Source: Gammaproteobacteria bacterium (lineage in GTDB: Bacteria; Pseudomonadota; Gammaproteobacteria; Steroidobacterales; PWYM01). Taken from it: 64,000 bases of DNA. The position numbers and the translations under genes were made by a program. The notes below the pieces were generated by a model. That model saw nothing but the letters and a program-made list of their open reading frames with translations, was not told where the DNA came from and made no database searches. This document shows positions 18,730 to 27,396 of the stretch, one piece after another; position 1 is the stretch's first letter, and every line of letters starts with the position of its first letter. Where the stretch lies: contig SKYU01000004.1 of NCBI GenBank assembly GCA_007127715.1, forward strand, positions 681 to 64,680, in the 5' to 3' direction.

Positions 18730-18759
18730 ACGGCAACGCCATCGGTGCCGCAAGGGGTG

Positions 18760-18793
18760 GGGCGCGTGAACCGGTCAGCCGGCTCACGCGCCC
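18760..18793. terminator. Bidirectional stem-loop between convergent genes
   Basis: GGGCGCGTGA-aCCGGtcagCCGGc-TCACGCGCCC is a perfect 10-bp outer stem plus an inner CCGG/CCGG stem. It lies between the TBDR stop (18729) and the methyltransferase stop (18815). There is no clear U-tract. Confidence 0.6.
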
Positions 18794-18814
18794 TGTCGGC
18801 CGTCTACCCGGCGA

Positions 18815-19774
18815 TCACTCGCCGGGCTTGCGGAACAGCAGGGTCATGCGGTGTGACTCGCCAATGGCCTCCATCTCGGCGCGCAGTTCGGGGTTGTCCC
18901 GGCTGGTGGCGAGATTCGGCGGCAGGCGCCAGACAATGTCATCGACCGTCGGTTGATCGAGCGGGTTGGCGTTGATGTCGCTGGCACCGACCAGTTCGAA
19001 CCCGGCGGCTTCGAAGGCGCCGACCACGAAGTCGCGCTTGAGGTAGCCGGCGGCTCCGCCCGCCCAGGCCTCGGGCATGCCCTCGCGTGCCTCATGCTGG
19101 ACCACTCCGACGACGCCACCAGGCCGCAGCACGCCGCGGACGTCGGCCAGGGCGCGCCCGAGGTAATCCTCCTCCTCGGTCGTGAATCGGGCGAGGTTGT
19201 GCATCGCGCGGATCATGAGGACCGCATCGGCGGTGCCCTCCAGGGCCTCCGGCAGGGCTCCAAGCTGGAAGGCCGCAACGCTGGCGTCCCCCTCGCCACG
19301 CCAGTCTTCCGCGGTTGCGGTCCAGTCCTCCACCCAGGTCTCCTTGGCGGCGATCTGCTCCTCGTTCATGAAGCCGAACAGGCGGAACATGTCGACCTCG
19401 TAGTCCACGCCGATCAGTCGGCCCTCGGCGCCGAGATAGGGCAGCAGGATGCGTGAGTACCACCCCCCACCCGGCAGCAGCTCCGCGACGGTCATGCCAG
19501 GCTCGATGCCGAAGAACGCCAGGGTTTCGGCGGGCCGGCGATGCGCATAGCGCGCCTGAACGTCCTCGGGCTGGGCCGAGAGCACCTCGGCGAGCCGGTC
19601 TGCAGCCGTGTCGCGCGGCGCTGTCTCGCGGGGTTCTGCTATCGCTTCGGTGGGTGCCTCCTCGTGTGGCGGCAGGGTTGGCTCGGCCGGCGGGGGCTCG
19701 CCGCCGCAGGCGCCAAGCAGCAGCGTCAGACTCAGTGTCGCCGCGGAAACGGCCATGGGTTGCGTGGTTTTCAT
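18815..19774 (-). CDS. Lipoprotein-anchored class I SAM-dependent methyltransferase-like protein
   Basis: Lipobox LTLLLGAC. Pro/Glu-rich linker. SAM-binding-like VAELLPGGGWYSRILLPYLGAEGRLIGVDY and VLRPGGVVGVV. Confidence 0.7.
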   Translation of the reverse strand: MKTTQPMAVSAATLSLTLLLGACGGEPPPAEPTLPPHEEAPTEAIAEPRETAPRDTAADRLAEVLSAQPEDVQARYAHRRPAETLAFFGIEPGMTVAELLPGGGWYSRILLPYLGAEGRLIGVDYEVDMFRLFGFMNEEQIAAKETWVEDWTATAEDWRGEGDASVAAFQLGALPEALEGTADAVLMIRAMHNLARFTTEEEDYLGRALADVRGVLRPGGVVGVVQHEAREGMPEAWAGGAAGYLKRDFVVGAFEAAGFELVGASDINANPLDQPTVDDIVWRLPPNLATSRDNPELRAEMEAIGESHRMTLLFRKPGE

Positions 19775-19855
19775 CGAAATCCTCCTGGCAGCTGGGGTCG
19801 CGAGGCCGATCGGTCTCGTCGCATCACTCTAGCACGCAGCGCGCGGTGGCAGGCC

Positions 19856-20560
19856 TCAGGGCAGTGACTGCTCGGGGATCCGACCATGCTCGACCCAATC
19901 GAGCAGTGGTGCCCACTGGGTGATGTCCTTCTCCTCGCTACCGCCGCGAAGCTCATGCACGCCGAGGCCCTGGTCGAAGGCGCGCACATAGTTCTGCGTG
20001 TCCCGCAGGACACCGACGACCGGGATGTCCAGCGTGGCGAGAAAACGCATCAGGGACCGGAAGATGATCGTGTTGGGTTTGACCCGGTTGGCGACGATAC
20101 CGATGCGACCGGCGCTGCGTGGAATCTTCGCCACCAGCAGCAGATCGGCGATACATCGCGTGACGGCGTGGATGTCGATGTCCGATGGCAGGACAGGCAC
20201 GATGATGCGTGCCGCCTCCCGGGTGAGATCACGCAGATCTTCCCGGGGCACCGCGGCAGGCGTGTCCACCACCAGGCGTTGGGTGCCCGGCGGCGGACGC
20301 GTGGCGAAACTGCGGGTCACGTTGCTCGGCAGGTCGTAACTGCGCAGCGCCTGTACCGCAGGCACCTCGGCCGGACGTTTGCCCAGCCAGCGGCCGCTCG
20401 AGCCCTGCGGGTCCATGTCGAGCAGTGCAGGGTCGAGGCCCTGCAGGGCATACCAGGCGGAGAGGTTTGTCGCGAGCGTCGATTTCCCCGAGCCGCCCTT
20501 GGGGTTGAGCACGAGGATCCGACGCAGGTCCTTGCGATCGGCGTCCATCGGCGCAAGCAT
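19856..20560 (-). CDS. Orphan ParA/MinD-family ATPase
   Basis: Deviant Walker A ILVLNPKGGSGKSTLATNL. DMDPQGSS motif. No ParB or partition-site gene is adjacent. ATG 20548 is an alternative start. Confidence 0.8.
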   Translation of the reverse strand: MLAPMDADRKDLRRILVLNPKGGSGKSTLATNLSAWYALQGLDPALLDMDPQGSSGRWLGKRPAEVPAVQALRSYDLPSNVTRSFATRPPPGTQRLVVDTPAAVPREDLRDLTREAARIIVPVLPSDIDIHAVTRCIADLLLVAKIPRSAGRIGIVANRVKPNTIIFRSLMRFLATLDIPVVGVLRDTQNYVRAFDQGLGVHELRGGSEEKDITQWAPLLDWVEHGRIPEQSLP

Positions 20561-20596
20561 ACCGAAAACCCTGCCGCCCGCGGGAGGCAGGGGCAG

Positions 20597-21622
20597 TCAG
20601 GCGACCAGGCAGGCGTCCACGAGGCGCTCGAACGCCTCGCCGCCTCGCATCGGGTCGGCACAGGGCAGGCCAATGCGTCGGGATTCGGCGGCCAGTGCCG
20701 CGGCGGCCTCCTCGTCCGTCAGTCCGGCCGTGTTCAGGCTGACCCCGGCGAAGCGCGCCGCCGGGTTGACCCGCCGGGCGTGCGCCAGGTGCAGGGCCAT
20801 CGCCTCTTCGAGTGAGGGCAGGGGGTAGTCTTCGCCATAGCCGATGACATGCTTGCGTCCATGCTCGTGGCAGAGCACCAGCACGTCAGGCTGGCTGCCA
20901 TGCAGCAGACCCAGCGAAACCCCTGCGTAGGCCGGATGGAACAGCGATCCCTGGCCTTCGATGACGTCCCAGTGATCCGATGCCGCCTCCGGGCTGAGCA
21001 CCTCGGCCGCGCCGGCAAGAAAATCGCTCACGACGGCGTCCATGGGGATGCCGCGCCCGGCGATCATGATGCCGGTCTGGCCCGTGGCGCGGAAATCGGT
21101 GGCGATGCCGCGGGCCTCGAAAGCCCGGGCCAGTGACAGCGCGGTGTATTTCTTGCCCAGCGCACAGTCGGTGCCGACGGTGAGCAGGCGTCGGCCACTG
21201 CGCCGGCGCCCATGGGCCACCGGCAGACCGGCCGGCGGGCGGCGGACGTCGATCAGACGCCGTCCCAGTCGCGCAGCCGCCGCGGACAGTTCCGGCACCT
21301 CGGCCAGCGACGTGTGCATGCCGCTGACCAGATCGAGCCCCGCCTCCAGGGCCTCCAGGAGGGCTGCGATCCAGTGTGGCTGGACTGCGCCGCCGATCGG
21401 CGCGACGCCGATGACCATCGATCGGGCCCCCTTGGCACGTGCCTCGATCGGGTTGAGCACCGGGAGACCGAGTCGCAGGGGATTCCCGGCCAGGGCCCAC
21501 TCGCCGGTGCAATGTTCCGGGGTCCAGTCACGCAGGCCAAGCGCCGTCTTGGCGTAACCGGGCTCGCCGACATCCCCGATGAACAGCAGAAAAGGCCGTG
21601 GCAGTTCGATCATGAGACTCAT
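20597..21622 (-). CDS. dgcN: DUF1611 family protein (DgcN-like N-acetyltransferase candidate)
   Basis: MSLMIELPRPFLLFIGDVG...TVGTDCALGKKYTAL...VIEGQGSLFHPAYAGVSLGLLHGSQPD is characteristic of DUF1611. Its ATG overlaps the stop of the upstream epimerase gene (ATGA at 21619-22). The track ORF start at 21775 is an extension. Confidence 0.75.
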   Translation of the reverse strand: MSLMIELPRPFLLFIGDVGEPGYAKTALGLRDWTPEHCTGEWALAGNPLRLGLPVLNPIEARAKGARSMVIGVAPIGGAVQPHWIAALLEALEAGLDLVSGMHTSLAEVPELSAAAARLGRRLIDVRRPPAGLPVAHGRRRSGRRLLTVGTDCALGKKYTALSLARAFEARGIATDFRATGQTGIMIAGRGIPMDAVVSDFLAGAAEVLSPEAASDHWDVIEGQGSLFHPAYAGVSLGLLHGSQPDVLVLCHEHGRKHVIGYGEDYPLPSLEEAMALHLAHARRVNPAARFAGVSLNTAGLTDEEAAAALAAESRRIGLPCADPMRGGEAFERLVDACLVA

Positions 21623-22614
21623 GGCTGTTCTCCCGGGGAATCCCAGCCGCCTGGGGGGCAGTTTACGTAACCGTCCCGGTAGTCCGTGGCCGGCACCCTG
21701 TCCCGGGCGAGGTGCCACGGGCCATCGAGATCCACGACCCCGCAGAGCTGACCGACCAGAAATGCGGGGGCGCATGACAACGAGGTACCGATCATGTTGC
21801 CGACCATCACGTCCAGCCCGAGCGTCCGGGCGCGCCGGGCCATCGCCAGACCCTCGGTCAGGCCGCCGCTCTTGTCGAGCTTGATGTTGATGACATCGAA
21901 CAGTTCAGCCACGCGGTCGATGTCCTCTCGGGTCTGGACGCTTTCGTCGGCGGCCAGGGGCAGCGGACAGTCGAGGCCTCGGAGCTGTGCCTCCTCACCG
22001 ATGCGACAGGGCTGTTCGAGCAGACGGACATCGGCCTCGACAAGTGCGGGCAGCAGCGCTGCGATGCCTGTACGGTCGAAGGCCTGGTTGGCATCCACGG
22101 CCATCCAGGTGTCGGGTCTTGCCTGGCGCACGGCGAGCACCCGCGCGGCGTCCTCGCCGTCGCCGATCAGCTTGAGCTTGAGTGCGCGCGCGAGGGTCGC
22201 TTCCCGGGCCCGCGCGGCCATGACGTCCGGTGCGTCGGCACCCAGCGTGAACGTGGTCAGAAGTGGCCGCGGACGCGCCAGTCCTGCCAGTTGCCAGGCG
22301 GGCTGGCCGCGCTCATGCGACTCGAGTGCCCAGAGCGCGCAGTCGACGGCGTTGCGTGCGCCGCCGGGCGGCAGCAGCCCCTGGAGGGTCTCACGGTCGA
22401 TGCCGGCCTCGATGCTGTCGCGGACCGCCTCTATCTGGGCCCGCATGCGCTCGCCCGTCTCATCGTGGTAGTAGACCCCCGTGGCCTCGCCGCGCCCGAG
22501 ATGGTTGCCGCGCCGGAGGGTGCAGACCAGCAGGTCCAACGTCTCGAAGGTGTAGCCGGTGATGCGGAACGGGACCTTGAGGGGCCATGATTCCACGGCC
22601 AGCTCGAGCGTCAT
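21619..22614 (-). CDS. dgcA: Enolase-superfamily dipeptide-epimerase-like protein (DgcA-like N-acetyl-D-Glu racemase candidate)
   Basis: MTLELAVESWPLKVPFRITG start typical of MR/MLE N-terminal domains. Metal-ligand regions MAVDANQAF, LEQPC and LAADES. ATG 22635 is an alternative start. Confidence 0.75.
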   Translation of the reverse strand: MTLELAVESWPLKVPFRITGYTFETLDLLVCTLRRGNHLGRGEATGVYYHDETGERMRAQIEAVRDSIEAGIDRETLQGLLPPGGARNAVDCALWALESHERGQPAWQLAGLARPRPLLTTFTLGADAPDVMAARAREATLARALKLKLIGDGEDAARVLAVRQARPDTWMAVDANQAFDRTGIAALLPALVEADVRLLEQPCRIGEEAQLRGLDCPLPLAADESVQTREDIDRVAELFDVINIKLDKSGGLTEGLAMARRARTLGLDVMVGNMIGTSLSCAPAFLVGQLCGVVDLDGPWHLARDRVPATDYRDGYVNCPPGGWDSPGEQP

Positions 22615-22631
22615 CCCCGCCGGGGGCGTGG

Positions 22632-23195
22632 TCATCGGGGCAGGCTCATGGCCGGATCGGCGAGGCTGTGGATGCGCAGTGTGCCGGGGAGCCACGTGCC
22701 CGGATCCACCGTACCGACCCAGATATCGTATTGACCGGTAGCTGCGGCCCCGAGTTGCAGCGTGGAGGTTCCGGTGGTCGGTGGGCTGCAGGCCCAGCGA
22801 CCGTCGGGTCGGTTGACCACCATGATACTGGCGGCTTCGGGTTCATCCGCGGTGAAACTGAGCTGCAGGTCTGTCGACGAGTGCTCCAGATATACCCGGT
22901 AGTCGGGAGCCGCGGCGATATGGCCGCGACAGGAGGCATCGACGTCGAGAGCGTCGACCTCGCCGCCGGCCAGCAACGGCACGCTCAGCGGGGCCAGGGT
23001 GTCCAGCGTGGACAGCCGGGTTTCGCCGAACGACGGACAGGCGGCGAGGTCGAGGCCCGCCTGGGCGCCGCGCCACAGGGCATCGGCATCGAACGCCGCG
23101 TCGGGTGTCCGGTCGGCCACGGCGTGGGTCGCGGGCAGAGCGCTCAGCGCCAGGGCGCAGAGCATGGTTGGGAAGGACCGTGAGGCGTTTCGCAT
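22632..23195 (-). CDS. Secreted hypothetical protein
   Basis: Signal peptide MRNASRSFPTMLCALALSALPATHAVA. Four Cys residues. A beta-rich tail (YRVYLEHSSTDLQLSF...IMVVNRPDGRWAC...GQYDIWVGTV). I cannot name a family. Confidence 0.55.
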   Translation of the reverse strand: MRNASRSFPTMLCALALSALPATHAVADRTPDAAFDADALWRGAQAGLDLAACPSFGETRLSTLDTLAPLSVPLLAGGEVDALDVDASCRGHIAAAPDYRVYLEHSSTDLQLSFTADEPEAASIMVVNRPDGRWACSPPTTGTSTLQLGAAATGQYDIWVGTVDPGTWLPGTLRIHSLADPAMSLPR

Positions 23196-23227
23196 GGAGG
23201 CTGACCTGCAGAAGCGTGAGCGTGATT

Positions 23228-24061
23228 CTAGCGGGAGTCGCGGGCCGACACACGGCGGGCGCTCACCAGCACGTAGGCCAGCGGTCCGGAGTGTGACCAC
23301 CGCCGACACAGTCGCGCCGTCGAGGCGATCTTCAGCCACGCGGGAGAGCATCGCTGGCGCCATGACAGTGTGCCAGCGCGGCGCGCGACCCACGCGGCAA
23401 AGCCCGGGAATACCGCGGGGGTCAGCTCACGGACGTCCAGTACGGCAAGACCCCGAGCCGCCACGATGGTCCGCAGCGCGGCTTCACTGACGAGACTGGC
23501 CGGCGAAATGGCGGCCAGGCCGAGCACCATGGATCGTGCCGCCTCCCGCAGCCCGGAACGGGGCGCCTCTCCCGACGTTCGCACCAGCGTGGTGAAGGCC
23601 AGCCGGCCACCGGGCGCGAGCGCTTCGGTGGACGTCGTCATGAAGGCTTCGAGCGAACGGGCGTGGTAGGCCGCGTCGACGCAGAGCACTGCATCGAACT
23701 GGCGCCCGGCAAGCGGTGGGGGCAGCGGCAGGTCGAACCGACCCCGTGCAAGGCTCAGGCGGTCGACTGGCTGAGAGGCGAGCAGACTTGCGATACAGGC
23801 GTCGCGGATGTCGAGCGCGCCCAACGCACCGACCTGGAATTCGTCTCGCCACAGTGTCAGGGCCGCGCCGTGTCCGCAGGCCAGCTCGAGTACCCGGTCA
23901 CCTGGCATCAGACCCGCAGCCTCGCCATGCAGGCGGGCGAGTGCTCGGCAGGCCGAGGTGTAGTCGTCCGCTCCCGGCCAATACCCGAGGTTGTTCCAGC
24001 GGGCATCGCCGTTCGGGCCAGCCAGCAGCCGGCCAATGGATGTGGACCGGGCGCGTGTCAT
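23228..24061 (-). CDS. Class I SAM-dependent methyltransferase
   Basis: Motif I RVLELACGHGAAL. Post-I FDAVLCVDAAYH. LAPGGRLAFTTL. Confidence 0.75.
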   Translation of the reverse strand: MTRARSTSIGRLLAGPNGDARWNNLGYWPGADDYTSACRALARLHGEAAGLMPGDRVLELACGHGAALTLWRDEFQVGALGALDIRDACIASLLASQPVDRLSLARGRFDLPLPPPLAGRQFDAVLCVDAAYHARSLEAFMTTSTEALAPGGRLAFTTLVRTSGEAPRSGLREAARSMVLGLAAISPASLVSEAALRTIVAARGLAVLDVRELTPAVFPGFAAWVARRAGTLSWRQRCSPAWLKIASTARLCRRWSHSGPLAYVLVSARRVSARDSR

Positions 24062-24117
24062 GAGCAGCTCTCCGGATCAGGACGCCGCAAGCCTACCGCA
24101 CAGCTTGGCCGGCGGCC

Positions 24118-25368
24118 TCAGGGAGAGGGCTGAGCTGCCAGCCTGTCGACCACCCGTCGGGCCGAACGCACCGCGGTCTCGAGCAGCGGAACGCCTTCGC
24201 AGGCCCAGGCGCCGCAGTAGAACAGGCGTCTGCCAGGTTCCGCATGCCAGCGCTCGAGGTGCTCGAGCAGCCCAGCCGTCGTCTTGTTGACCACGGCCCG
24301 CTGCAGGGTCAGGTGTTCGATCACCCGGTCCTCCCGGGGTGTGATCGGCGGGTTCCAGGACTGGAACACCGGCGGACGACCGGCCAGCGTGGGCTCCACG
24401 GCGTTCACCCAGACTGTCCAGGTCGGCCGCTCGGTCTGCGCGTCTGCGTGCAGGTTGAGGGCCGTCCAGTCTGCCGCCCGGGCAGGCATCAGGCGCGCAT
24501 CGGCATGCACCACCAGCGTGCCAGTGGCATAGGGGATTCCGGCCAGGCGCTCGCGCTCCCGGGCATAGGGCGTGTCCGACAGAAACCCCAGCTGGTTCGC
24601 CTGGGTGGCGACGATCACCTGGTCGAACGGTCCGCCCTCGCCGCGCGAATTCCTGACCTCCAGAGCCCCGTCCGATCGCTGCACCAGACGCTCCACGTGG
24701 CTGCCACTGAGACAGGTCAGCTCGCGTGCCAGGCCCCGCACCAGCGCCGGCGTGCCGCCCTCGAGCCGCACCAGCCGCGGCCCGTGCAGGATCTCGTGCA
24801 GTCGGCCAAGCAGCTGCCGCGCCGGCCAGGCCAGCAGGTCGTGCTCGTCGCAGGTACAGATTGTCACCAACAGCGGCAGCGCCAGCCCGCGCCAGAACAG
24901 CGGGTCGAATCGCGCCCACTCAAGCACCTCGGCCAGTGTTTCGCCGTGATGGTCCGATGCTTCGAGTTGCTGGAGGGTGCTGGAGAGCCGTCGCAGCTGT
25001 CGCGCCAGCGTCAGTGCCGCCATGTTCACGTATCGGGGCGAGCCGACGAAGGGCCAGCGGGTCAGGGGCATCCGCCCGCTGCGGAACCAGGTACGCCCGT
25101 CCTGATGGTTGCAGGATACATAGGTGTCGACACCGAATGTCCCGACCCCGACATCGGCGGCGAGCGAGAGCACACTGGCCCAGCCTCCCGGGCTCATCAC
25201 CCGCAGGGGCACGTCCACGAGTCCGTCGTGCACGGTCAGGGCATGGGCATCCATGCCGAATCCGGGCAAGGCTTCGAACATCGTGACCTGCATGCCGCGG
25301 CGCCTGCAGAAATGCGCGGCCGCCAGGCCCGCCATGCCGCTGCCGATGATGGCGATGCGCCTGCTCAT
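24118..25368 (-). CDS. NAD(P)/FAD-dependent oxidoreductase (amine-oxidase-like fold)
   Basis: N-terminal dinucleotide-binding motif RIAIIGSGMAGLAAAHF...VTMFEA. C-terminal FYCGAWACEGVPLLE. Confidence 0.8.
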   Translation of the reverse strand: MSRRIAIIGSGMAGLAAAHFCRRRGMQVTMFEALPGFGMDAHALTVHDGLVDVPLRVMSPGGWASVLSLAADVGVGTFGVDTYVSCNHQDGRTWFRSGRMPLTRWPFVGSPRYVNMAALTLARQLRRLSSTLQQLEASDHHGETLAEVLEWARFDPLFWRGLALPLLVTICTCDEHDLLAWPARQLLGRLHEILHGPRLVRLEGGTPALVRGLARELTCLSGSHVERLVQRSDGALEVRNSRGEGGPFDQVIVATQANQLGFLSDTPYARERERLAGIPYATGTLVVHADARLMPARAADWTALNLHADAQTERPTWTVWVNAVEPTLAGRPPVFQSWNPPITPREDRVIEHLTLQRAVVNKTTAGLLEHLERWHAEPGRRLFYCGAWACEGVPLLETAVRSARRVVDRLAAQPSP

Positions 25369-25424
25369 GCTGTCTGTCCCTTCCGCTGGGTCATCATGAG
25401 CCAGTATAAGGGAGCCGGCGGGGA

Positions 25425-25438
25425 CTGCCGATCGGCAG
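25425..25438. promoter_or_regulatory. Perfect 14-bp palindrome CTGCCGATCGGCAG in a divergent promoter region
   Basis: Read directly from the sequence. It lies between the oxidoreductase start (25368, minus) and the membrane-protein operon start (25474, plus). Confidence 0.3.
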
Positions 25439-25473
25439 GCGAGGATTCGGGCAGGGGACCCGGGGAGGCCGGC

Positions 25474-26298
25474 ATGTCGACATCACACGGCCCGCGACGA
25501 CGGCACACACTTCGTGCGCTGTTTGGCCTGTGGACGCTGGTGGGGGGACTGCTGCTGCTGGCGCGGTGGCTGCCCCTGCTGCCCGATGCCGCCGTACTGG
25601 CCTGCTGCGGTCTGCTCGCGGTGCCGCTGGCCTGGCTGCTGTTCCGACGTCGTCGCCTGCGCCGGGCCGCCTTCCGTGCGGTCGCACTGACCCCGGGGAC
25701 GCCGTGGCAGCACCGTCTGCGGGGTGGCCTGCCGATGCTGCTCGGCCAGTCGCTGGTCGCGCTCGGCGTTGCCGGCCTGCTGGTGCTGGGTGTCGTACGT
25801 CTGGACCTGCGTGAGTTCTGGCTGCTGCTGATCGCCCTCGTGCCCGTCTGGCTGCTGGTGCATGGCGCGGTGCTCGGAGGGTTGACGGCTGTCGTGAACC
25901 GGCGGTTCCTGCGCGTGGTCTCAGACCGTGTGGCAGGCTGGCTGGTGGGCCTGCCATTGCTGGCCGCGCTGCTCGCGGTGGCATTTCATCGGCCGGTCCC
26001 GTCGGTGTCGGGCCTGAGCATCGAAGGGGCGCTGGCGGCCTATACCGCCGAGGTGACCGCCAACAGTGTCGCGCTGGAAATCGGTTTGGTGCTGGCCGCG
26101 GCGGCCGAAGCCCTGCCGCAGTGGTTTGCACAGAATCTCGCGGCGTCCCTGCCGGGGTCCGGATGGCAGGGGCTGGCCTGGACGCTGGTGCTGCTGCGCG
26201 AATGGCTGGTGGTGTGGCCCCTGATGCTGCTGGTCCAGGCTGTGCACGGTTGGCTGGACCGGGCAGACGAACACGCGCGGAGCGGGAGGTCGGAGTGA
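25474..26298 (+). CDS. Hypothetical polytopic membrane protein (about 274 aa)
   Basis: GGGGAGG RBS 6 nt before ATG 25474. At least 6 hydrophobic helices with Arg-rich loops. The track ORF (24244..) is an antisense-shadow extension upstream of this start. Confidence 0.6.
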   Translation: MSTSHGPRRRHTLRALFGLWTLVGGLLLLARWLPLLPDAAVLACCGLLAVPLAWLLFRRRRLRRAAFRAVALTPGTPWQHRLRGGLPMLLGQSLVALGVAGLLVLGVVRLDLREFWLLLIALVPVWLLVHGAVLGGLTAVVNRRFLRVVSDRVAGWLVGLPLLAALLAVAFHRPVPSVSGLSIEGALAAYTAEVTANSVALEIGLVLAAAAEALPQWFAQNLAASLPGSGWQGLAWTLVLLREWLVVWPLMLLVQAVHGWLDRADEHARSGRSE

Positions 26299-27341
26299 CT
26301 GCAGAAGTGGCTGCCGCAGGCGGCGATACGGCGGGTCAGCCTGCCGGGCTGGGCTATGCGCTGGCTGCCCTCACGGTGCTGGGGATGCTGCTGTGGTCCG
26401 TGCTGGCCCCGTCGCCCTGGGCGTGGCTGGTCGCGCCGCGCGTGGACGTGGCGGTCGACGGACGGGTCTACAGGGTCCCCGAGCAGGCCTGGCGCGCGGC
26501 ATTGGCCGACGGTCTCGCTGCGATGTCGGCCGAGGAACAGGCGTTTGTCGCCGAACTCGGCGAGGCGGTCGATCGCAAGGTCAATACCCTGTTTGCGATG
26601 CCGCGCGCGCAGGTGGAGGCGGTCGCGGAGTGGGTTTACTCACCCGCGGGGCAGTTGCTGCGGGTGGCCGTAGCCCTGCCGGGTGAGCATGCCGACAGCC
26701 GTCTGCGCGAGGGAGTGATTGCCCGGCTGTTCCCGGAGGAGGCATGGCAGGCGGCCGAGGCCGCGGCGATGGCCGAGCTCGCCGCGATGGCTGCGTTCGG
26801 GGGGCGGCAGGTGGCCGGTGCGGCAAGTGCGCGGCTGCATGAGCAGCTCGCGCCGTGGCGGCATGAACTGCGCCGGGCCCCGGCCCCTGCCCTGGCACTG
26901 GAGCTCGATCTCGACGAATCGTTCCTGGTGGCGCGGCTGCGTCAGGACCCCGCGCTGGCCCGCCAGGGGGTGGTGTTCGCCACGGGTGCCTTGACGGCTG
27001 CGGCTGCGCGGCGCGCGGCACAGGCCGCCGCGGCCCGTGCGGCGGGCAGAGGGTCGGCCGGCATGGTCGGGGCCGCCTGTGTTGGAACGGGGCCGCTGGC
27101 ATGGCTGTGCATGGGTACCGTCATCACCGGATCGCTGGTGGCCAGCGAGTACGCCGTGCTCCGGCTCGACGAGCACTGGAACCGCGCGGGCTTCGAGGCC
27201 GCGTTGCACGAGGATCTTGCGCGTATGGAACAGCAGATGGCGGCACGCCTGCATGCCGCCTACGCCGGTGCGCTGCGGGCCGCACTGGAAGATCGACGCA
27301 GCGCAGTCCGCGCTCACATCCGCCCGGTCGATACGCTCTGA
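26295..27341 (+). CDS. Hypothetical Ala-rich membrane-anchored protein (about 348 aa)
   Basis: GTG 26295 overlaps the upstream TGA (GTGA) and follows GGGAGG. N-terminal TM LGYALAALTVLGMLLWSVL, a long Ala/Glu/Arg-rich helical region, and a second TM GPLAWLCMGTVITGSLVA near the C-terminus. Confidence 0.55.
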   Translation: MTAEVAAAGGDTAGQPAGLGYALAALTVLGMLLWSVLAPSPWAWLVAPRVDVAVDGRVYRVPEQAWRAALADGLAAMSAEEQAFVAELGEAVDRKVNTLFAMPRAQVEAVAEWVYSPAGQLLRVAVALPGEHADSRLREGVIARLFPEEAWQAAEAAAMAELAAMAAFGGRQVAGAASARLHEQLAPWRHELRRAPAPALALELDLDESFLVARLRQDPALARQGVVFATGALTAAAARRAAQAAAARAAGRGSAGMVGAACVGTGPLAWLCMGTVITGSLVASEYAVLRLDEHWNRAGFEAALHEDLARMEQQMAARLHAAYAGALRAALEDRRSAVRAHIRPVDTL

Positions 27342-27396
27342 GACCAGCCGGGCAGGTGTCGGACGCCTGCGCCGTCGCATGGCTATAATCCGTTCC

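Noticed and set aside
24244-25473. N-terminal 410 codons of track ORF 24244..26298
   Set aside because: This part is antisense to the FAD oxidoreductase. The real gene begins at ATG 25474 behind a GGGGAGG SD, where the translation switches to hydrophobic helices.
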